Shown one piece after another: positions 53,745 to 64,000 of a stretch of DNA of 64,000 bases (within the stretch, counting starts at the first letter, position 1; each line of letters begins with the position of its first letter). The stretch comes from Botryllus schlosseri (Eukaryota). The DNA is taken from positions 3,846,001 through 3,910,000 of the forward strand of contig CM119372.1 of assembly GCA_051294905.1 (NCBI GenBank), read 5' to 3'. The translations under genes were made by a program, and so were the position numbers. A model generated the notes under the pieces. It searched no databases. It saw only the letters and a program-made list of their open reading frames with translations, and was not told the origin of the DNA.

Positions 53745-54990
53745 AAGGGGTCAATTGTCAGAAACTGAGAGAATTTGTGGCTCGCATACATATATCACAT
53801 CTGCATCTGTTCTCAAACAGGTAGAGAGTAGTATTGGACTGCCTCAGAACTGGACACATGTTGTCTTCCAAAATCTTAATATCCCGGCCGAGGATTATAT
53901 AAACGACGGTTCTAACCTTTTTGCGTCACTGGGAAGGATTTTCCGAACCAGGGGCAACGCTATTCAGCGAAGCGCAGTTGGAACTATTGGAACTATTTTT
54001 GATCGATGGGGCTCTTACTCTGTGGAATTCAGTGGTATGGCTGTATTGCAGGGAAACCAGGTTACCATATACCGAGCGAGATAGTGTAATGGCGATGTGT
54101 CCGGCTTCTTGATCGGTATCCTCCTATCAAGACAAAACGTTCCAGAAGTGGTTATCGTGCTGTCGACGTCTACAAGAACACAAAAGTATTGACAGATCAC
54201 GCGACTTGACGTCTGAAGAATAATAATTTGACGATTTCGGCAATTATGGAGATTTTTTCTACAATGTTGCGTCGCTGGACAGAAAACAGGAGCTCAAGTC
54301 GCCTTTTATTTACGATATGAGAAAATGATCAACGAACTCAAGCACAGTGAATCATACAGAAACGGAAATTGTAAAGAAAAATTATCCGAGGAAAATGCAT
54401 ACATCTCCGACATTTTTATGGACAATTGATGTCGAAACTTGCAGAAACATCGCGCCTTTTACTTGGTGATTTATCGCGACATGTCTTTGAAAATTCTGTC
54501 TCTGCTTTTTATGCAAAATATTCCAATTTCTACAACAATCTCGAAAAGCAAAGTAATGATAAGGTAATACAGTGTATATGTAAAAACAATCGAACCCAAG
54601 GAATAATTGAGGAACATTTTTTCCAATTGAAAAATATTTACTTTGAACATACCACATCGAAATGCTCATTGGATAAATTTATTCTAACATATTGCAACGA
54701 AGTGTCAAGGTCTTGTGAGAGATGTTGCGATACAGTTTTCCATAAAAAGTATAAACGGTAAATCAGATAAAACGCAAAAAAAGTTTCAGGGATCGTCTTC
54801 ATCGAAAGCTAAAACTTCCCATCCAAATCACCAACTCATCAAATCAGTATTCAAGAAACGAAACAAGATAGGGAAAGTGTTGAAGCAGGTAGACAACAGC
54901 AGCTGCGGGGTTTGCATTTGCCTTGTCGCCGGGTGATATGCTCCGCAGGAACCGTCAAATACCCATTGGACCAAACACATTTCCACTATT
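53745..54990 (+). pseudogene. Frameshifted Mutator-like transposase remnant followed by a Ulp1/C48-like catalytic motif
   Basis: Across frames: FLIDGALTLWNSVVWLYCRET (D2-like region), KSPF, LLLGDLSRH, NNRTQGIIEEHFFQLK...LDKF (catalytic E region), then KQVDNSSCGVCIC (Q-x-D-x-x-S-C-G). Confidence 0.55.
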
Positions 54991-54992
54991 GG

Positions 54993-57130
54993 ATTCTTTT
55001 TTAAATATCCGTTATAACATCATTACGTGCATCCCTATTTCTTGAAAAAATATCCATTTCCAAAAGATTCTGCCAGGTCCCCTATTGTGTTCCGAAGGCT
55101 GAAATATTTTTGGGGTAATGTTGGGATAGTCATTTCAACTTGTAGTAAAGAGTAGTTTTGCCCTTGGGGCCGCAGAGGGGTGAAAATGATTTTTTAGATA
55201 TCCGGTATAATATCATAATGTTCATATCTATTTCTTCGAAAAATATCCATTTTCAAAAGATTCTGCTGGGTCCGCTATTGTGTTCCGAAGGCTGAAATAT
55301 TTTTGGGGTAATGTTGGGATAGTCATTTCGACTTGTAGCGAGGAGTGGATCTGCCCTTGAGGCCGCAGAGGGGTGAAAATGATTTTTTAAATATCCGGTA
55401 TAATATCATAATGTTCATATCTATTTCTTAAAAAAATATTCATTTTCAAAAGATTCTGCTGGGTTTCCTATTGTATTCCGAAGGCTGAAATATCTTTTGG
55501 GGTAATGTTGGGATAGTCATTTCGACTTGTAGCAAGGAGTGGATCTGCCCTTGAGGCCGCAGAGGGGTCAAAATAATTTTTTAAATATCCGGTATAATAT
55601 CATAATGTTCATATCTATTTCTTAAAAAAATATTCATTTTCAAAAGATTCTGCTGGGTTTCCTATTGTGTTCCGAAGGCTGAAATATCTTTTGGGGTAAT
55701 GTTGGAATAGTCATTTCGACTTGTAGCAAGGAGTGGATCTGCCCTTGAGGTCGCAGAGGGGTGAAAATGATTTTTTGATTATCCGGTATATTATCATCAT
55801 GTTCATATCTATTTCTTAGAAAAATATTCATTTTCAAAAAGTTCTGCTGGGTTTCCTATTGTGTTCCGAAGGCTGAAATATCTTTTGGGGTAATGTTGGG
55901 ATAGTCATTTCGACTTGTAGCAAGGAGTGGATCTGCCCTTGGGGTCGCAGAGGGGTGAAAATGATTTTTTAAATATCCGTTATAATATCATTACGGGCTT
56001 TCCTATTTCTTCGAAAAATATCCATTTTCAAAAGATTCTGCTGGGTCCGCTATTGTGTTCCGAAGGCTGAAATATCTTTTGGGGTAATGTTGGGATAGTC
56101 ATTTCGACTTGTAGCAAGGAGTGGATCTGCCCTTGAGGCCGCAGAGGGGTGAAAAGGATTTTTTAAATATCCGGTATAATATCATCATATTCATATCTAT
56201 TTCTTAGAAAAATATTCATTTTCAAAAGGTTCTGCTGGGTTTCCTATTGTGTTCCGAAGACTGAAATATCTTTTGGGGTAATGTTGGGATAGTCATTTCG
56301 ACTTGTAGCAAGGAGTGGATCTGCCCTTGGGGTCGCAGAGGGGTGAAAATGATTTTTTGATTATCCGGTATATTATCATCATGTTCATATCTATTTCTTA
56401 GAAAAATATTCATTTTCAAAAAGTTCTGCTGGGTTTCCTATTGTGTTCCGAAGGCTGAAATATCTTTTGGGGTAATGTTGGGATAGTCATTTCGACTTGT
56501 AGCAAGGAGTGGATCTGCCCTTGGGGTCGCAGAGGGGTGAAAATGATTTTTTAAATATCCGGTATAATATCATTACGGGCTTTCCTATTTCTTCGAAAAA
56601 TATCCATTTTCAAAAGATTCTGCTGGGTCCGCTATTGTGTTCCGAAGGCTGAAATATCTTTTGGGGTAATGTTGGGATAGTCATTTCGACTTGTAGCAAG
56701 GAGTGGATCTGCCCTTGAGGCCGCAGAGGGGTGAAAATGATTTCTTAAATATCCGGTATAATATCATCATATTCATATCTATTTCTTAGAAAAATATTCA
56801 TTTTCAAAAGGTTCTGCTGGGTTTCCTATTGTGTTCCGAAGACTGAAATATCTTTTGGGGTAATGTTGGGATAGTCATTTCGACTTGCAGCAAGGAGTGG
56901 ATCTGCCCTTGAGGTCGCAGAGGGGTGAAAATGATTTTTTAAATATCCGTTATAATATCATTACGGGCATTCCTATTTCTTCGAAAAATATCCATTTTCA
57001 AAACATTCTGCTGGGTCCGCTATTGTGTTCCGAAGGCTGAAATATTTTTGGGGTAATGTTGGGATAGTCATTTTGACTAGGAGCAAGGAGGGGATCTGCC
57101 CTTGGGGTCGCAGAGGGGTGAATATGATTT
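54993..57130 (-). repeat. Right subterminal tandem array, ~11 units of ~194 bp, inverted relative to the left array
   Basis: ttcaaaagattctgctggg recurs every ~194 bp from ~55060 to ~56997. Confidence 0.95.
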
Positions 57131-57540
57131 TTCGGTTTTATCGTTAAAATGTAGGCATTTGGATGTCTATTTGCCGGAACAGGATCCATTCTGTTGACCA
57201 GCTCTAAATATTATGAGCTGGCAACTGGTTTTTCTGAGAATTTTGAAATCTGGCAACCGATATTCCAGTTATTCCCAAATTTTATTGACAGAAAAAAATC
57301 ATGTTATCCATGTACATTCACAATGATTCACGCGGTCATCATATTTCTGCTGATGTGCTATTAGCATCACAGTGGTGCGGAGACTGCTGATCTGCATTGC
57401 CATCAGGGTTGCCACTCCTAGTGATTTTACCCTAGATCTATTGTTTTGACTTGACCTTGTGTTCTATAGTGTATTTTTTTCGAAATTCGGCAAATCCAGT
57501 CTTTTTTCTGAGAAATTATTTGTAAATCAGCAAATATTAG

Positions 57541-58192
57541 GGGTCAAGTGTAGAATCCGGCCAGTGATCCCCATGACCATCACCGATCAGTGTTGTACCT
57601 GAACCTGTCGAAATTAATAGTGTTTCACGTAATTACCGACTATGCTCCCCACAAAACCCTATAAATCAGGGGTTCTAAACCCGCGGGCCGCGGGCAGAGG
57701 ATTCGGGTCAAGTGTAGGAGGGATATTAGGGTTGCCGGAGGTGGAATATTAGGGTTGAGGGAGGTGGGATATTAGGGTTAGGGGAGGTGGGATATTAGGG
57801 TTGCCGGAGATGGGATACCCTAATGTCCCTCCTCCGGCAACCCTAACATCCCACCTCCCCTAACCCTAATATCCCACCTCCCCTAACCCTAATATCCCAT
57901 CTCCCCCAACCCTAATATCCCATCTCCCCCAACCCTAATATCCCACCTCCGGCAACCCTAATATCCCTCCTCCGGCAACCCTAACATCCCACCTCCCCTA
58001 ACCCTAATATCCCACCTCCGGCAACCCTAATATTTCTCCTCCGGCAACCCTAATATCCGACTCTCAACAGGCAAAATAAAAACAATATATTTTGACGTAT
58101 TCATGTGAAGCACTATGAGTTTTGACATGTTCATGTGAAACATTGATCGGTGATGGTCATGGGGATCACTGGCCGTATTCTACACTTGACCC
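57541..58192. mobile_element. Non-autonomous TIR element (GG termini, 8-bp TSD; Merlin- or MULE-like) with internal inverted G-rich minisatellite
   Basis: ~49-bp TIRs gggtcaagtgtagaat...attctacacttgaccc; exact TSD AATATTAG; ~20-23-bp units gggatattagggttgccggaggt that switch strand near 57816. Confidence 0.85.
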
Positions 58193-58295
58193 AATATTAG
58201 TTATAGTTATTTAGACAGACCAGTGTCTTATGATTTGTAAACACGAATCTCAAAAACTCTCTTCTCTCAATATAGGTTTCATTAACTTGAATGGT

Positions 58296-61200
58296 ATGAC
58301 AATGTATTATTCATTATCCATAACAATCCTGTTGTGTTGCGGGTGGTTTTTGATTGCCGTTAGTTGTAAACAAACCACAGGTAAACAGTATATGGACGAA
58401 TTGAACCTCTTGCAATAGCTTTATTTGATCTCTGCAGAACGTTGCTCGAAGATAATAACTGGGGATTCTGAAAATCATTTCGGAAAAGCATCCTGCTTCA
58501 AGTTGAATGAAAGTTCTGAGATTTGGAAGGTGATTGAAATTTTTCCAATCTCACAACGTTATGCGATCTCTTTCGTTGTGCTGTTTAGGCATTGAGCTGC
58601 GTCAAAATCTCTGTGAACTCATCTGAGTGTGAGATTCTGCATGGAGCAACACTTGAAGATGTTGAAGAGGATACATCGATTGTGTCGCTTGTTACTTATG
58701 TAAGTGATAAAATTATAACAAATTGATCATTTACGTTCCTTTTTCAAAATTTTCTTACACACACTAATGATCTGTTATCTAATTGATTGTGAAAGAATGT
58801 TCTGAATAAAGAAGAATTTTAACTTGTTATAATACTACCAATATATTTACTCAATCGACGTTAACTCTTATATAGCTTCAACCACCATAATTTGCGAATT
58901 AATGTAGATTCAATTTTATTTATTGCAAAACACTTTGTATTATGTTATATTTACTGCTATATCATCAATGTATGCAATTCAATTACTCGATGGTAATTAC
59001 TGCGGTGTACTCAATGAACACCAGATTACTTCACTGCAGCTTTATACCACAATACTTTGATGAACACATTTAGTGTAGGCCTACTGTATTCAATCAATTA
59101 TTTTGTGTCATATAAAATTAGAATTTGTTGGGTCTCTTTCTGGTTCTGAATTCAGGTGAATCTTAACTTGTTTTTTCCCCGCACTGCTTTCCATTTGTGA
59201 TACACCCTAAGATTAGCCAGTCTTGCTAGTTTGCTTTTCAAGAGAGCTACAAAACTTCAATATACAATTGAGTACGGTAATATATCGGTATTAAAATAAA
59301 CCTGAATATTTTCGGCTCGTCAGAGGTAATTGTCAGCAACTAGTATAGAATTGGAAAAAACATTTATGCGATTGTTGATATATAACGTCGATATGAATTA
59401 TGACGATACCTCTGATGAGTTTCGCATTCATTTCAATATGAATATAGTAGTCAATACTATGTTTTTGATGTTGAGGTTTCTGGAATTTATTTCTTGCCTT
59501 GAAATAACCTTAGATATTTCGATTTGCGTTACAGGCATTCGGTAGAATGTTTTCTCCTAAAAATAGCAACCAACTGACAACGGTCTGTCTGTCTCCATTT
59601 GAAGCGCAATATATTCGTGTGGATAATGCAAAAGAAGAAGTATGCGAAATCAACATTTCTACTGGTACGACGTGCTTGAATTTACTGATGACTGTTTATG
59701 CGATAATATTTTTTGCAGTGTTGGATAAATCCTGTGTAGCGTGTTTGTTGATTGGGATCTTGATCTTCAACTATGCGGAAGGACTGTCCACCTCTGTCCA
59801 TTTTTATTACACTAGTGGAGTTGGCATTGGCATTCTGGCTTCCCTTTTGATCTTGACATTTTTACTCAGCAGACTGGTTCCTAAGGTGAGTGTAGTCTTT
59901 CAAAACTTGCTATCGCTGTGAGATCCTTCTAAAACAGTGGTTCTCAACTTTTACTAACCTGGACAGCCCTTCCGCTGATCTCCAAGCCCTGGCATAGCCT
60001 GCATTTTTACGAGTCACAAACGCAAAAATCTACGACAGTACAAATCAAATACATAACTATATGATACTGGTGCACATAATGAACTGTGCATCAACAGCAG
60101 TGTTAAACATGATTTTCACACAAAACAAAAAGCTGATGATGAATATTCCCTGCAAATCTGTGTTACTTCTGTTCTGACAATGTCCCCTGACGAGTGTCAG
60201 CCAGAATTATTCAGCTTCATTTCAATATGAATATATCAATCAATTGTTTTAAAGTATTGACATCACAGTAGGAAATGAGATGGTCGAAATAGCCATCGTT
60301 CGTACTCAGAGTAGAAGTAACATAATAAATTTTTAGTCAGGAAGTCATGATTTCTAAGTAAGTAAAAAATATATATTCTAGGCCTATTTAAAAAAAAAAA
60401 AAAAGGAAACTATCATGTAGAAGTAGGTACAGCCTACTTGAAGTACCGTACTAAGTTGATAGACTTCGTTTCTGACCGCTTGGGATTAGGATGTAGTGCA
60501 ACTCGGAAAAATTAGAACTGTGCTTAATTACCGGCTTTTTACCGGCTGTCAGTTCAACAATCTATACTAAAAACCCACTAGTAAAATAAACCCACACAGC
60601 ACTCAGTTTTCATCCCATTTGTTATCATTTCTATCCTGGCGACATTGCTTCAAGATACATTACACCAGGGTCGAAACAGTACTTGTCTAAAATGTCTATG
60701 CGCTGGTGCAGTCACGCCAAAGCGCGAAGAAATTCACGTCAATTTCATTGCATCGTTTTCCAGTCCACATGATCTGATTTATTGGTAGAGCTGAGGGACG
60801 TGATCACTTCAGATAGCAGACTCGGGACTATTCCGCCCCAATCGACACTAGGCTATTTGGTATCTATTAAATGGTTTCGGCCAACATGTGGATGTAATTT
60901 TCGGCCAAGGTTTTATTTGATAATACACTTGACGAATTCGCATATTGGCCGGAGCTGAAATGATGAGTATTTTGTCTAGGGGAGCTGCAGGTGCCCACAT
61001 TAAAAAGCACACATTTAATTACACTAAATTGCGCGAAGAATACTTTCAAGTCGTACAAAATCTCCCAGAAAATACTGTATATGGTTTTGTTGATTTGCCA
61101 AATAGTTTTGTGCCTACTTCGAGCTCCCTCCCTCTAAATCATAGGGTTTGTAGTGCGGCAGTTATGGCCCTGCATTCGATCACCCTACTTCCTCCATTTA

Positions 61201-61987
61201 GAAACCGGCCGTTTACACCATCCTTCTTGGAGGTTGGAGTTTCACGGCGTGGATTTTCAGATTGTTGTGGAATAATTGGACCGATGTGTTGCGAAAGTAT
61301 TATTCGTATCTGTTTTTATACGTTGCGGTGACCGGTAAGTTTCTCGCTAAGTAGTCCCTCTCCGATGTTAACCTTAATGTTTCACGTTGCAGGCCTTTTA
61401 AGCTTCGGTTTCTGTTACTGGAAAGGGCCGATAGAGAGTCCAAGGAGCCAAAACCTGATGAAATGGACCCTTCAGCTAGTTGCCTTGCTTCTTATATACA
61501 ACGGATCACATCTACCGATGGTAATGTACTGACAGATTCGTAGAGAAAGTTTGCAAAACCAAACTAATTGATGCACAGATATCACTGAGTGTGGTTCTTG
61601 GGGCTGTTGTAATCAAGATACAATCTCAAGAAATTTTATGGAAAAAGATGACTGGATTAAAACTATGGTAATTTCTTTCGGCCACCTTGGCATTAAAAGA
61701 GATGCTAACATTAAAAACAGCTTGAATATCAATTGATATAAACCTGAATATGTTCGGCTGGCGCAAGTCAGGGGTAATCATCAGCAACTACAACATTTTG
61801 GTAAGATCATTGTATATTTCGCTTGCAGGTTTGATAAGCCGAAACCACGGCGGTTATTGACAGAAGAGGAATTCAAACTTCAAGGTGAAATCGAGACTCG
61901 GAAGGCTTTGGAAGAATTAAGGCAGTACTGTAGCAGTCCCGAATGCTCGCCGTGGAAAACGCTATCGAGGATAAAGACTCCTGACAG
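58296..61987 (+). CDS. NEMP1: Nuclear envelope integral membrane protein (NEMP1/TMEM194-like), 3'-incomplete
   Basis: Exons ~58296-58380, 58438-58529, 58589-58699, 59535-59664, 59719-59885, 61202-61334, 61393-61520, 61579-61667, 61829-61987. Signal peptide; [27 protein letters not shown]...[47 protein letters not shown]. Terminal exon not found in the window. Confidence 0.9.
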
Positions 61988-62017
61988 GTGTTGCAAAATT
62001 CTCGAATGGGTGCATAG

Positions 62018-62351
62018 TAGGGATGGTGTGAACGTGAGGTTCGCGTTCTGCGTGTGAACCTCAGAAAGTTAGAGGTTCACATTCACAAACGAACCTTGGA
62101 AGGTTCTGCACCATGAACCTTTTTCATATATCACAATTTCACTTCAAAATAACATCATTGATTGAAATTTATTACATTTAACTGTGGGCCACTCTATGCG
62201 TGGCACTGTTAGCATAAAAAAATCAACGCTAAACAAAAAGTTTACTTGATCTGTTACAAAATTTTGCTAGAAATATCCAGCTTTCCATTTGTGACTCTCT
62301 GACTGTGAGCTTGACGGAACCTGAACCTTTTAGAGGTTCACACCATCCCTA
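62018..62351. mobile_element. MITE, same family as 800-1970, internally deleted
   Basis: Same TIRs; exact TSD GTGCATAG. Confidence 0.85.
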
Positions 62352-63109
62352 GTGCATAGTGTATTTTATTTAATATCTGGTGAAACAAGACTCAATCTTC
62401 GCATAGCGAATGGACAAAATCTAGAATGCAAGTAGTTTGGATGAGTCATAAACTAAGCATTAGAACAGGGAATCGTAACTACATAGTAACCAAGCAACAA
62501 TATTAGTACTACTCTACTCCGTACTGACTATTTCTGCAAATTACCGATAGGGCAATTCCCTGCACAGGCAACCGATGTTCCCACCACTACCTCTTCAAAT
62601 CTTCTGAAATTTGGTACACGCACAGATGAGCTAATTCCAAACAGGATGAACTTTATTTCATGAAAATTGGACTTTGGGGTCAAAAGTTACGTCACTTTGA
62701 AAATTGACAATTTTCTGCTCATTTCGGGTCTGCACTTTCAGGTTTTATCGATGCAATATTCAAGAAGGTGTAGCTAGATGATAGACGACAGTTGAGATAC
62801 GGCACTTGGATTTATTTGAAGCTTGTCTGATCGTCTATATTTTCAAGTGAAATTTAATGCCCTGTAGGTTAGGGTCAAAGGTTAAATTGAGGGGGAATTT
62901 GGTCAATGGTCTAAAATCAGTCAGGCGTTACACGATTTAGACTGCGGATTGCTCAAAAACATATTAAAATATTTTGGAAAATAGGATCTTAAATGAAAGT
63001 TTGCTTCAAGAAGACTTCGTTCATAGCTGTTTGATTTTGGTTTTTAGACCGTAAAGTGATGAAATTGCAGTTTCTAGAGCACACTTCATTTGCACATGGA
63101 AATGCAATA

Positions 63110-64000
63110 GTAGTAGGGTGTGTTCGGACATCTATTCTGGGGTGCGTGTGGACATCATGTCTGGGGTGTGTTCCGACATCATGTCTTGGGTCTATTAGGA
63201 CTGTGTTGCCATTCGAACATCGTGTCTGGGGTGAGTTCGGGCTGTTTTGTCCCTCGGACATCGTGTATGAGGGGGGTGTTCAGACACCATGCCTGGCGTG
63301 TGTTAGGACTGTGATGTCACTCTGACATAGTATCTGGGATATGTTTGTGTTGCGCCAGACATGACTCAGACCTGATATCTGCGCACTAATTTTATCCGGA
63401 CATGCTCTGGAGCTGATACCTGCCCACTAAATACCCCCAGGCATAGTCTGAACCGGATATATGCGCGCTTAATGGACGCAGATATGCGACAGACGTGATA
63501 CCCGCGTCCTAAACGACGCGTTTTTGCTGATATCTGCGATAGCTGGGTATATCCACAGTAGTGGTAGCTGAGTATATTCACAGTCACAGTAGAAATAGCT
63601 GAGTACATCCAAAGCTATCACTACTGTGGTTATACTCAGCTATCACTGCTGTAGATATACCCAGCTATCGCAGATATCAGCAAAAAACGCAAATATAAAG
63701 GTCATATATAGGCCAAATGTCGTTTAGGACGTGGGTATCACGTCTGACGCATGTATGTGTCCATTAAGCCCGCAGATATCAGGTCCGGACTATGCCTGGG
63801 GGGTATTTGGTGCGCAGGTATCAGCTACGACACATGTCCAGATTAAACTAGTGGGCAGATATCAGGTCTGAGGCATGTTTGGCGTATCACAAACATATCC
63901 CAGACACGATGTCCGAGTAGAAAACACAGTCCGGACACCTTCCAGACACGATGTCCGAATAACAACACAGTCCGAGCTCACCCCAGATATTATGGCTCGG
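63110..64000. repeat. Long imperfect palindrome with flanking short tandem repeats, running off the window end
   Basis: ~63336-63555 is the reverse complement of ~63655-63900; tgtctggggtgtgttcggaca-like units on the left are mirrored by ccagacacgatgtccga units on the right. Confidence 0.8.

Larger units (their letters stand above)
48852..57375. mobile_element. Foldback-type Mutator-like element (Rehavkus/NOF-FB-like), ~8.5 kb, non-autonomous
   Basis: ~250-bp unique terminal inverted repeats followed by inverted arrays of ~194-bp units; direct repeat TGCGGAGAC (9 bp; exact boundary ambiguous by 1-2 nt) on both flanks; internal decayed transposase and protease coding. Confidence 0.85.

Noticed and set aside
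55640..56419. Two near-identical 65-aa ORFs
   Set aside because: Products of the tandem repeat with 582-bp periodicity, not genes.
49100..57130. Regular repeats superficially resembling a CRISPR array
   Set aside because: Units are contiguous ~194-bp tandem copies with no unique spacers, in a eukaryotic context with no cas genes.
57720..58060. Head-to-head TTAGGG repeats as a telomere fusion site
   Set aside because: TTAGGG occurs about once per 20-23-bp unit rather than as tandem hexamers, and the block is bounded by TIRs and a TSD.
60945..61331. 128-aa ORF as a NEMP exon
   Set aside because: The real exon (61202-61334, [14 protein letters not shown]...) is in a different frame.

Overview
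AT-rich eukaryotic (metazoan) genomic DNA with GT-AG introns, several only about 55-70 bp. An invertebrate such as an ascidian is plausible, but this is inference only. Host genes reconstructed by hand from splice sites: a 9-exon carbohydrate 6-O-sulfotransferase (2834-13803, +); an intronless, compact ATF7IP/MCAF1/Windei-like gene (18875-20017, -) with a head-to-head truncated paralogue (22124-22609, +); a 14-exon FHIP2A/FAM160B-like gene (24145-34323, +); and the 5' part of a NEMP1/TMEM194-like gene (58296 to beyond 61987, +). The region from 35 to 58 kb is a dense cluster of DNA transposons. It holds an internally deleted THAP9/P-element gene whose intron carries nested elements, an apparently intact autonomous hAT element (775-aa transposase, long TIRs, 8-bp TSD), and an 8.5-kb foldback-type Mutator-like element. 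The foldback element has TIRs over 2 kb built from ~194-bp tandem repeats and divergent remnants of a USP (C19) deubiquitinase and a transposase followed by a Ulp1-like (C48) motif. Many MITEs with 8-bp TSDs, a tRNA-derived SINE, 33-bp TIR-only mini-elements and a G-rich palindromic element are also present. All family assignments come from motif recognition, not database searches.
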